Part shown: piece after piece, positions 27,601-39,600 of the stretch
Layout: every line of letters starts with the position of its first letter
Position numbering within the stretch: position 1 is the first letter of the stretch
From: Ascidiella aspersa
Lineage: Eukaryota
Direction of reading: 5' to 3'
Length of the DNA: 64,000 nucleotides
Assembly: GCA_963924565.1 (NCBI GenBank)
Contig: OZ004615.1
Span: 16,368,001 to 16,432,000, forward strand
Position numbers and translations under genes: made by a program
The notes under the pieces: generated by a model
Seen by the model: only the letters and a program-made list of their open reading frames with translations
Databases searched by the model: none
Told to the model about the DNA's origin: nothing

Positions 27601-30600
27601 TTTTATTTTCAGCCGAAAGAGGAATCATTTCGATTTTACCGAGGAAGCAAAGTATTAAATGGCCATTTAAAGATGACCGAGTGGTTTTTAAAATCGTCCG
27701 GGAAAATGGAACGTATGGACCCGTTCACCTACAATGGACCTTAGGGGCAAAACCGATTGAAACCTCATCACAATCCACCAGTAGCAGTTCCAGTAGAAGT
27801 TCGTCAAGTAGCGATAAAGAAGAAGCCATATTGGAGGGAATCTTTCGGCGCACCTACGGGGACATTAAAATCCCGAATCAAGAATCCGGCACCGAATTTT
27901 CTATATTCACCAATCCCGAAGTCGGTCTTGACGATGACGTCAGAGCGACGATCAAGGTCATTCCGATGACCCACGGAGTCATAATGAAGGAGGGGTCAAG
28001 TGCTGCGAACGTCAACTTCAAAGTGGAAAGAGGGCGGGTGTCTGTCCAACCAGTGCAGCCTGAAACTACTTGGCCTCCTAAAGATGGCCATCTCATCTTT
28101 GATGTACAGAGGGATCTTGGAACGTACGGTCCCGCTTATTTACAATGGAGTGTTGACCGTGCATCGGAGGGTTGCGATGAAGATTTGTTTGAAAACCTTT
28201 TTCCGCGTAAAGAAGGCGACATTCGAATCGCAAACCGGGAATCGAAAACAACGTTTGGAATTCCAATATCGAAAGATGACTACGGACCTCCAGACGATAC
28301 TGATTTTAGACTTCACATAACTCCTGTTACAAGAGATTTGACTTTGTCTGATGATTCTCATGAAGTTTTATTCACCATCAAAAAACGTTTGCCGCCAGGT
28401 GAGCTGGGATTCGCAAAACAGACCTTCGTATATAAAACCCACGAAACAACTGCGGTTATTCCAATTGTAAGGGAAAACGGTTCAGGCGGAGAAGTTTCCG
28501 TCGAGTATTTCGTAAGGGGCGACACTGCGTTAGTGGGTGAACATTACACCGAATCCTGTTCACAGGGAGTGGTTTTGTTTGAGGATGGACAAACCGAAGG
28601 AAAAATAACTTTGGACTTGGTTCCAGAAGCACGATACAGAAACCCGGTCAAGCTTCTGATCGAACTCGGAGCCACAACTGGTTTTGCTGAAATCGGTTTG
28701 TACGAAACCGAAGTAACTCTCCTACCAACTTACGTCGAACCTCCTGGCGTTTTGGAACTGGATGATGGTTCTGATCTTGAAGCTTGTGTTAAAAATAACA
28801 GTGTTATTGAAATTCCAATTAAGAGGAAGGAAGGTGTACAGGGTACGGTGTCGGTGGTTTGCTCAACTGTTGATGATTCAGCAGTTGCTGGAACTCATTT
28901 TAAGCCTTTGCAAGAAAAGGTTGTATTCGAAGATGGAGAGACAGAAAAGAAAATAGACATTGAATTAGTGCAATCCAAGTATCGTAAGAAGCTGGAGTTT
29001 TCTGTTCTATTATCTCAAGAGGAAGGTGGGGCAACTTTATCTCCTGTGTTTCAGAAACGCATTGTGCTACTTCCAACGTATACAGAACCACCTGGAACGT
29101 TTGCTCTTCCAGATGTAGACAGCTCTGCTCTTCAAGTCAGCGCCCTTCATGACAAAACATTTCCATTGACAATTAAGCGAACTGGCGGAGTTGGCGGAGA
29201 CGTATCAGTACATTATTTTACAGAAGACGGAACTGCAATTGCTGGGGAGCATTTTAAACAAAAAAGTGGCATCTTGGTGGTAAGCGACGGAGAAACGGAA
29301 CAAACTGATGCAGTTGAACTCATCCCTTGTCAGTACAGAGAACCAAAGTATTTCTACGTTAACTTCGACGATCCAAAAGGTGGTGCTGAGTTGAAGGATT
29401 CGCAAATGAAAGTGATGCTATTGCCAACCGATAAAGAACCCGCTGGAATTCTCGGCTTACCTGATGAGGAATCCCTCTCTGCAAACGCACTTGAAGACGA
29501 CACTATTGTTATACCTATTGTAAGAACAAAAGGCGTTGGAGGAGAAGTGAGTGTCAACATTAAAACGTCTGATGGCAGTGCCAAAGACGGCGTCCATTAC
29601 ACAGGAATTGACAAGACCATAACTCTAAGCGACCGCGAAGACTTATTGCAGCTTCCGATTGAGTTGCACCAACCTCTGTACAGCGATCCAGTTGACTTTA
29701 TTGTGGAAATTAGCGAACCATCAGGTGGTGCTAAATTAGCTGACAACAAGATGGTGAAAGTTGTTCTTCATCCAACAGAAAGAGGAACCATTTCGATAAC
29801 ACCTAAGAAACAGAGCGTAAAGTGGCCTTGCAAAGATGATCAGATTGTCGTGGAAGTTCTACGAGAAAATGGAACATACGGACCCGTTGATATCAAGTGG
29901 ACGTTGGATGAAAAGGCAAGAAAATACCCTTTAAATTCAAGCAGCAGTAGTTCCAGTAGTAGCAGCTCATCATCAAGCAGTGAAAATGACGATGGTAACC
30001 TTAAAACGTTTTTTACTCAAACTAATGGTGACAAGACAATTCCTGACAACGAATCAAGTGTCAGCATCAACATTCCGACTAATCACGACGCGGAACTTTC
30101 TGAAGACCTCAGAGTAACCCTCAACATTTATTCTATCACCAAAGGCGTCACCATGAAAAAACATGGAAAGTCTTCAAGAATTGATCTTAAGGCCGAAAGA
30201 GGTAAAGTGACCATCGAACCCACTTCCCCAAACATTACGTGGCCTCCTACAGACGGCGACGTTACATTTAAGGTACAGAGAAACCTGGGAACGTATGGCC
30301 CTGCTCATCTACACTGGAATGTTGACTGTGACTCAGAAAGCTGTGCAGAGGAACTTATCAATAGTATCTTTACCCAGAAAGAAGGGGATATCCATATCGC
30401 AAATGGAGAATCTAAGACCACGTTTAACATTCCTGTTTTAAAAGATGACTACGGACCTCCAGATGATACAGATTTTCGACTTCACATAACTCCTGTTACA
30501 AGAGATTTGACTTTGTCTGATGATTCCCAAGATGTTGATTTTACCATCAAAAAGCGATTTCCGCCAGGTGAGCTGGGATTCGCAAAGCAGACTTTCGAAT

Positions 30601-33600
30601 GTAAAACCCAGGACGAAGCCACTGTAGTGATTCCAGTTATAAGGGAAAACGGTTCAGGCGGAGAAGTTTCCGTCGAGTATTTTTTAAGGGACGACACTGC
30701 ATCAGTGGGTGAACATTACACCGAATCCTGTTCACGAGGAGTTGTTTTGTTTGAGGATGGACAAACCGAAGGACAAATCACTTTGGACTTGGTTCCAGCA
30801 GCAAGATACAGAAACCCGGTCAAGCTTTTGATCGAACTCGGAGCCACAACTGGTTTTGCTGAAATCGGTTTGTACGAAACCGAAGTAACTCTCCTACCAA
30901 CTTACGTCGAACCTGCTGGCGTTTTGGAACTGGATGATGGTTCTGATCTTGAATTTTGCGTTAACGATAACAATGTTTTGGAAATTCCAATCAAGAGGAA
31001 GGAAGGTGTACAGGGTACGGTGTCAGTGGTTTGTTCAACTGTTGATGATTCAGCAGTTTCTGGAACTCATTTTAAGCCTTTGCAAGAAAAGGTTGTATTC
31101 GAAGATGGAGAGACAGAAAAGAAAATAGACATTGAACTACTCCAATCCAAATATCGCAAGGAGCTGGAGTTTTCGGTTGTTCTATCGCAAGAAGAAGGTG
31201 GGGCAACGTTATCTCCGGTGTTTCAGAAACGCATTGTGCTCCTCCCAACGTACATAGAACCACCTGGAACGTTCGCTCTTCCAGATGTGGACAGCTCTGC
31301 TCTTCAAGTCAGCGCCCTCCATGACAAAACGTTTCCATTGACGATTAAGCGAACTGGCGGGGTTGGAGGAGACGTATCAGTACATTACTGTACGGAAGAC
31401 GGAACTGCAATTGCTGGGGAGCATTTTAAACGAAAAAGTGGCATCTTGGTGGTAAGCGACGGGGAAATGGAACAAACTGATGCAGTTGAACTTATTTCAT
31501 GTCAGTACAGAGAACCAAAGTATTTCTACGTTAATTTCGACGATCCTAAAGGTGGTGCGAAGTTAAGGGATTCGCAAATGAAAGTTATGCTCTTGCCAAC
31601 TGATAAAGAACCGGCTGGAATACTAAGCTTACCTGAAAAGGGTACACTATCTGGAAACGCCTTAGAAGACGAAAGTGTTGAAATACCAATCACTCGCACT
31701 AAAGGTGTTGGGGGAAAAGTCACTGTAAATGTTAAAACGACTGATGGCAAGGCAAAAGACGGCGTACATTACGAGGGAGTAGACGGGCAAGTTACATTGG
31801 CAGATCGGGAAAACTGTGTAAAGCTGCCAATCACCCTCCTTTGTCCTCTCTACCGCGATCCAGTGGACTTTACGGTGGAAATCAGCGATCCATCAGGAGG
31901 CGCACTACTCGCCGATAAAAACAGTCAATTGACGGTCGTTCTTACACCAACAGACACCGAACCTCAAGGCATGATAACGTTCGACGAGGGCGAAACTGGT
32001 GAAATCGCTGCCGATGCTAACGCCAGCAGTGAGGTCTCTGTTCCTGTTAAACGTATCGATGGTTGTGGCGGAGACATAGTGGCAATGTACAAGACAATTG
32101 AAGGGACAGCTACAGCCGGGAAACACTACGAACCAGTGAAAGGCTTGCTCACCATGAAAGATCGCGAGGAGAAAGCCACAATTGAAGTTCCTATACTCCT
32201 TGACCAACACCGCGACCAACTCGTGTTTAAATTGGCACTATTTGGCGATCCTGAAGACCCGGATAAAATGCAAACCAGCAAGATCGTTCTCGTTCCCACT
32301 GACCTTGAACCGACCGGTCGCATTGTATTACCTAGCAAGTTGGAGGCCAATGCCAATAACTCCAGCGTTATGAACGTGCCTATAAGTCGTGTGGACGGAG
32401 TAGGCGGTGAAGTGTCGGTCCATATCCGCACAAGTGACATTACAGCGCTGGAAAATGTCCACTATAAGCCCATCGACCGAACGGTAACGCTTGGAGACCG
32501 ACAGAGCGAAGTACAGATTCCGGTCGAATTACTTCCAGCCGTGTACCGAAGTGATCTGGAATTTTGCGTCGAAATATCGCAACCTTCCAACGGCACTGAG
32601 TTCAGCGAGTGCAATAAGACCACAGTCACGCTCGCGCCAACCGATACTGAGCCAGAAGGAAGGGTTGTGTTTAAATCTGATGACGATAATGAGGGCGCAA
32701 TATCGCGAAACGCAAATGACGCAAGTGAAGTCGTAATTGAAGTACGGAGAGTGGAAGGTTCGGGCGGCACAAAACAGGTGCAATTTCGCACAATAGACGG
32801 TACCGCCAAGGACGGCGAGCATTACGAGGGTCAAGCAGGGACCCTAGAATTAAAGGATCGAGAAGAAAGCGCCGCGCTTTCGATTCCGCTCGTGCACGCC
32901 TCGTACCGCGACGATTTGGAGTTCGAGGTGGCAATTTTGGACGCGGGCGCTCAAGAAAGGCACCTCACAGTCAAGCTTGAAGCGACGGACACCGAACCGG
33001 CGGGCGAGCTAGTTTTGCCTAAAGAAATCCAAGTACAAGCTAACATGGAGGACAGCAACACATTTGAACTGCCTATCAAAAGAGTCGGCGGAAAGGGCGG
33101 AGACGTCTCAGTGGCCATCAGCACTACGGACGGCACAGCCATCGACGGTGTTCACTACAAGGCCATTGACGGACGGGTGACGCTTAAGGACAGACAAGTG
33201 GACACTAAGCTATCCATCACCCTGCTCCCGGGAACGTACCGCGAGATGCTACAGTTCTTCATCGAGCTAAAGGACCCCGTTGGCGGATTTGTTCCAGCCA
33301 CTCACGCCAGGTGCAAAGTTGTGCTGCTTCCCACTGACAAGGAGCCTTCGGGTTACCTGGCTTTTGCCAAATCTGAGGAAGTTCCAGAAGTGCGCGCGAA
33401 CGCCCTGGAGCACGAACGCATTGAGGTCCCTGTGAGGCGCTTCGCTGGCCTCGGCGGCACCGCAACCGCGCGCTACAGGACTGTCGATGGAACAGCAAAG
33501 TCCTGGGAGCATTTCGAGCCGAGCCAGGGAACAATCGCGTTGGGCGACCGAGAAATTTCCGAAGAAATATCTATAACTCTATTGCCGGCCAGCTACCGAA

Positions 33601-36600
33601 AAGAGCTGCAGTTCCACTTGGAAATCGCAAACGACGACGACGGTGCGGATGATTGCAATGATGCGTCGTCGAAAATGCTGATCAAGTTGGATCCAACCGA
33701 CACTGAACCACCAGGAGAGGTAACATTGCCTGACGACGACGAGCTTGAAGTGAGTGCCTTAAGCTGCAACAGCCTTGGAATACCAATCAGACGCAAGAAG
33801 GGCCTGGGCGGGGAGGTCTCAGTGCGGGTTCGAACCCGCGACGGAACGGCCAAGGACGGGCTGCATTACACCGGCATCGACCAGCGAATCGTGCTCGACG
33901 ACCGCCAGGAGTTTTCGGAGGTTGTGGTGCCCCTGTTGTCGCTTCTATATCGCGACAGACTCAGTCTGGTTGTCGAGATTCTCGAGCCGGAAGGCGGCGT
34001 GACGTTGGGTGATGTGCAACACTCGTCGGTTACATTTCTACCGACCGATGACGAACCCACAGGTCAGTTGACGCTATGCGGCGATATGGACGGCGACGTC
34101 GTCGACGTGGACGCCACAACTACCAACATGGCCGTTGTGCCGGTTCGGCGCACTGGTGGAATGGGCGGGGGGGTATCCCTGCCTTATCGGACTAGGGACG
34201 GAACCGCCAAGAGCGGTACACATTACAAGGCAACCGATGGTGTTCTGACGTTAGGCGATCGCGAAACCGAAGGGAAGATATCGATTCCGCTTATCCCAGC
34301 CACGTACCGCGACCAACTTGAGTTCTACCTAGACACAGACGACGACAGCGGCGCCCAAGCTTGCGTATCCGTGCTTCTGCGGCCCACGGATAACAGTCCA
34401 AGGGGCGATCCCGCCTTCACGACAACAGACGGCGAGATAACTGTGGACCCCAAGAAAGTAGACCTCGTCGAAATACCCCTGAGCCGAGTTGGCGGTTTCG
34501 GCGGAGAACTCGACGTGACCGCGATTACTTGCGACGGCAGCGCCCTGGCCGACGTGCACTACAAGCCCCTGTACTCGGTCGTTACCTTTCCGGACGAAGA
34601 GACCGAATCTTCGATTTCTGTGCAACTGTTGGACGCCCAATACGACCAACCTTTGTGCTTCGAGGTGCACATAAACGGCGCCGACGAGCCTTCCGAGAAA
34701 CTGAAGAAGCTCAAAGTCAACCTGCTACCGACCGTGGTCGAGCCCCCGGGGCGTGTGATCGTCGATGCTTCATCGCCCGATGAAGGACTGAGGTTGGACA
34801 CCGAAGGACTTGACACGATATTTGTTCCGCTGACACGCGTAGAAGGGAGTGGCGGGGAAACACACGTCGATTACGAGACTAAGGATGGCAGCGCAAAGGC
34901 AGGTCAGCATTACGACCCCGTTCGGGGACGGGCAACGTTCGGTGACGGACAGGTCGAAACTGCAATCGACATCCCGCTCATATCTTGCTCGCGAACAGAG
35001 CCTCTTGATTTCACCATTGCTCTGCGCGGCGAAGACAACGATAACAATGACGGCGGTTATGAAGAGACGCGCGTCGTTCTGCTGCCCAACACTGAGCCCG
35101 AGAGCCACGACGTCGACGTTGACGCTACCTGCGTCGAAGCGTGCGTCTTGGACGACGGCGTCGCGCGCGTAACTGTGCGTCGCGGTGACGCAAAGTGCGC
35201 CAATGCCATCCCGATTTCGTACAAGACGAAGAACGGCAACGCCAAGGCAAGGAAGCATTATCAGGCGACGAGCGGGCGCGTCCAGATCCCATCGGGCGGC
35301 GATCAATGTTGCATCGAAATCCCGCTTAACAAACTCGACTACCGGCGCCCTGCCAACTTCTTTGTGCAGGTTAAGACGCAAACCAAAGTAGTGCGCGTTG
35401 TCGAGGTTGTTCTTCGTCCCACTGTGGAAGACCCGCCCGGCTTTCTCGAGTTCACGGCCCCTACTTTCGCGCACCCAGCTTTCACAAGCGACAGCGGCAA
35501 GCCGACCCTTTTGCTGCCGGTTGAGCGTACCGAGGGCACGGGCGGCGAGGTGTGCGTCGACTACTTCACACGCGACAACACAGCAATCAACGGGCAGCAT
35601 TACGAGGAAGCGAGCGGCGCGCTGACGTTCGGCGACGGCGAGTCACGCAAGGAGCTTGCCATCGAGCTGCTGCCATTCGACAACTACACGAAGGACGTGT
35701 CGTTCGTGGTCGAACTGGGGCTAGCGACCGGCGGCGCCGAGGTGGAAGGAAACTACGAGACGGAGGTGACTCTCCTGGCGCCGCTTGACGAAAACGACCC
35801 AGGTGTGCTTGGGTTCGAGTCGCAACGCACAGTTGTGTCCTCAACGCGGCTGCAGCGTGAATCAGACCGACCGGTTACAATCCAGATCCCAGTGAGGCGC
35901 ACACTCGGTTGTGGCGGCGACGTGAGTGTCGACTACTTCACGCGAGACAACACAGCCGTCGCCGGGCTCCATTACGCCGAGACTGAGGGCGAGCTTGCCT
36001 TTGCTGGTGGCGATGCCCGGCAACACATCGAGGTCGATTTGCTGCCAGGTGCGCACTTCGCCAAGCAGTGCTCTTTCACCGCGGAGCTGGGTGGTACGAC
36101 CGGAGACGCCGAAGTGGGACTCTACGAGACCGAGGTCGTACTGAACGCGCTTAAAAGGCGAGATTCGTCGAGCAGCTCCAGCAGTTCTTCGTCTTCCAGC
36201 TCCTCCGGTTCATCCGACAGTTCCTCGAACTCATCGGACGACGAGGGCGTTTTCAGGAAAAGTTCCCGATCAAAGCGGGTCCTTACCAAGACCAGCCAGA
36301 GGTCGGTGAAAGTGCTTCAGATGGAAGAGAGAACGACCACCACGACTTTTCAGACTATCGAGACCTTGGAAACCCAGTCGGCCTCGAGATCGGTCGTCGT
36401 ACAGCAACAAGAGCTCGACTTGGGTAAGATTAACAACATTGTCTGTTAAATGACCTTTATTTTGGTGGGGAACGAACGCTCGACAATGTACCTTTTCAAT
36501 TGCCTCTCTTCTTATTTGAATATGCCATTTAAGTTGCGGGACTTCACGTCAGCTTTTTTAAAATATTCCTTTTAAATCTAACTATCACAATCGGATGTAT

Positions 36601-39600
36601 AGAGAACGAAAAACCAGTAACCTATGTTGAAGTACGGCATTAAACAAAAATGATCCTCCTTAAAATATTACGCAGAACTGTAAAAATATATGGATAATTG
36701 TTTCAAAACGTTGCTACAATGCGCCCTACAACTGTAAAAGAGTTCAATATAAACTAATTTCTTCACGTTGTAAATCATGACTAACACAAACTTCGCAAGA
36801 CTATACAAGAAAATTGTGCATTCCTGAAATATTCAAATAACAAGGCCTTGTAATTGCCGATGAAATAAGTTATTTGAATTGCTAAATCATGGCTATCAGA
36901 AAATGGCAAGAAACAAATACCCAATCCCGACGTTTTTCGTGTGGGGCCTTTTAAATTGACCGGGGAATGAGGTATTTAAATTGCTGGGGTCGACTTTTAT
37001 AATAAAAGCGTTCGACTTTTATAATAAAAGCGTTCGCTTTTCCCGCAGGCGACGACACAGGAGGAGAAATCGGTTTCCCAGAGGAACAGCAGTCGGTTCG
37101 CGCCGGAGTGGACCGCGAGGCAGCCGTCACGGTCGCGCGCTCTTACGGGTTCAAGGGTCAGGTCACGGTCGACTGGTTTACGCGCGAAAACACGGCGGTC
37201 GAGGGCGTCGACTTCGTGCAGTGCGAGGGCCAGGTGACCTTCGCCCAAGGTCAAAAGATAGCCACTGTACACGTGCCGTTACTCGACGGAAGAGGAAATC
37301 GTGAGAGGGGCAGTTCATCCGAGAGGAGTTTTATCGTCGAAATGGGTGAACCAGATGGCGACGCCACCATGGGTCGGTATGAGACCAACGTGGTAGTGGT
37401 GGATCCTGATACGTCACAGTCCCCGCGGAAAGGTTTGCATATTTAAGCTTTTTGACAGGATACGTTGCACTGGTTACCAAGATTTAAAGTATATCGCCGA
37501 AACTTTGCCATTACGAATCGTTTTAGGTAGTGTTTGTGTTGCACAAGTGTGAATATAGTCCATAAATTAGAGTAACAATAAATACGCTGTAGCACAGGTC
37601 CTCTAAAACGATAAATACATTTTTTGTATACTTTTCTGTCTTTTATCCGCGGACACAACTGTGTCATAAAATACTATTTGGTGCTTGATTTATGTTTGGT
37701 ATTTGGTCTAAATTTACCACCTATAGGCTTTGGTGTCAGCGTTTATTTTATTCTTTCGTTAACATCGATTTTGTTTCGCAGGCAAACATCGAACCTTCGG
37801 CGGCAGAAAAACATGATTACCTGCTCGCCCTTTTTCACTAATTTTCAATATATATTTCTTACACTAACTCGAAATGTTCCTTAAATAGCTTACTAATCAA
37901 TATTCTTTTGTAGGATGTTTCTATATGAACTTTGTAATCTGTTCTCTACTTATATTTTCTTGCTTGCTTTACTAAGCATCTTTTCTTACAGCCTGTCCCC
38001 AGAAAGTCAACTTTATTTGAATACTTTGTCTAACTTTGAATGTAAAAAAAACTAACAGTTATATCGTCAGGGTAAACCTGGCTAAAAATCGGCATGTGAT
38101 GCCGTAACTCTAACTTGTTTGTCGTTTGTAACGCAAAGTTATTTAACATTCCGGGCTGCTTACAACAGACAAGTGACGTGACTTTACATATAACACTTGA
38201 CTGACGTGTATTGTTGCTCGCTCTTTCTGTTAACGACTCACACAAAATTCACGGCAAAAACACATTCTGAATCCCTGACTGGTGGTTGTCCCTGTTTCTC
38301 GATGGTGAGGTCTCTTCTACAATCTTGTTCCCGCTGTCGACTGGTATTTGTTGACTTATGTTTGTTTCAATTTATTATCGTCCGATAATATCTCGAAAAA
38401 TGGGTGTCTTGTATCTGTGTCTGGCATTGTCTTTTTACCGAGTCGGAAGCATTGTGGGTTAAATTTTCCAAGTTTTAAAGATCCATTGTTCTGGGTAAAA
38501 TGATACAAACGATTAAACATGTAAATATAAATTTAAACAGCTTTGAAGACATATCTTAGGACAATGTAGAAATCTTAAACACGTCTTTGACTATTTCAGC
38601 TCGCTTGGTGGCGCCCAAGAACGTGTCGGTTGACGTCACAGGAGCGACAAGCTTTAAGGTCAATTGGGAGCCGCAGGAAGCAACAGTTCACGAGTACTTG
38701 GTAGGTTAACGTTAGGGGTTTTGCAGTTACAAACGTTTTTTGCAGTAATAAAATCGAGTTCAAAATATGTTTTGCGTCATAACAGGACTACAACTAACGG
38801 TGTTTTTAAATTCATTGCTAATTCCGACAGCAAGTTACTGAGGATTCATATCTTAAAGCGTTTAGTGATTTTTAAACAGTTGGTGACATAGTTTGCTATT
38901 TAAATAGAAAACGTAATAACTCTTAATAAGAATATCAAAGCCCATACAGAAGTAGGTATCATTTTGAACGTTTCGAATAACTCTTATTATTGCAAAATTG
39001 TAATAAATTATCTTATTAAAATGTTTTAAATCGTGTTATACAAATAGGTCTGGTGCCAGTAAAAAGTACAAGCCGGCGTTCAAATGTTCATCAAACATGT
39101 CGCTGACAGTTCTTTCGCCCAAAATCGGAAACTATATAGAGCAGTCAGTTCAGTGAAATGGTACACACAACTAATAGGATGTATTCCGCATAAAAACGTT
39201 TCTATTTGCAAGCGTACATCAAATCCGTAACACTGTGTAGCCGATGACAAACTGAATGTGTAAAATATGAAGATATCTCCTCGCCCTTACACGTAAATGA
39301 CGACAATGGCTTCAAATGGGAGCAAATATTTTTTAGGCTTTCCCGTCAAAGTCAGTCATTAATAAGTTCTAGTCTTTTAAAGAATCATTCTATTTGAATA
39401 AGAGACTGATGATGCCTTATTTTGGGGCGAAATATATTTCTCTTTCAAAGGACTAGAACTTATTAATGACTGACTTTGACTAAGACCAAAGGAAAGTCTA
39501 AAAAAATTCACTGTGTAACCGCGTCGCTAATCGTTGCACAGGTTTCGTACAAACGAGCTGGAGACGCCGATGAACCTCACCGCTACACAGTGCCACCTAG

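Noticed and set aside
27426-27612. N-terminal 62 aa of the 3007-aa ORF as a real protein start (single-exon gene)
   Set aside because: AT-rich, intron-like sequence ending in a strong acceptor at 27612; the upstream exons splice in frame, so the ORF is an internal exon.
34770-35600. 276-aa - strand ORF and other overlapping ORFs inside the giant exon; also the 206-aa + strand ORF at 53462-54082
   Set aside because: Shadow ORFs of GC-rich coding sequence on the other strand or frame, with no recognisable motifs.
528-37432. Assignment as an Na+/Ca2+ exchanger, ADGRV1 or FRAS1/FREM orthologue
   Set aside because: No exchanger TM segments, GAIN/7TM, LamG/EAR or CSPG repeats are visible in the window; the FN3 pair resembles integrin beta-4 instead. 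No gene symbol is given because orthology is unproven.
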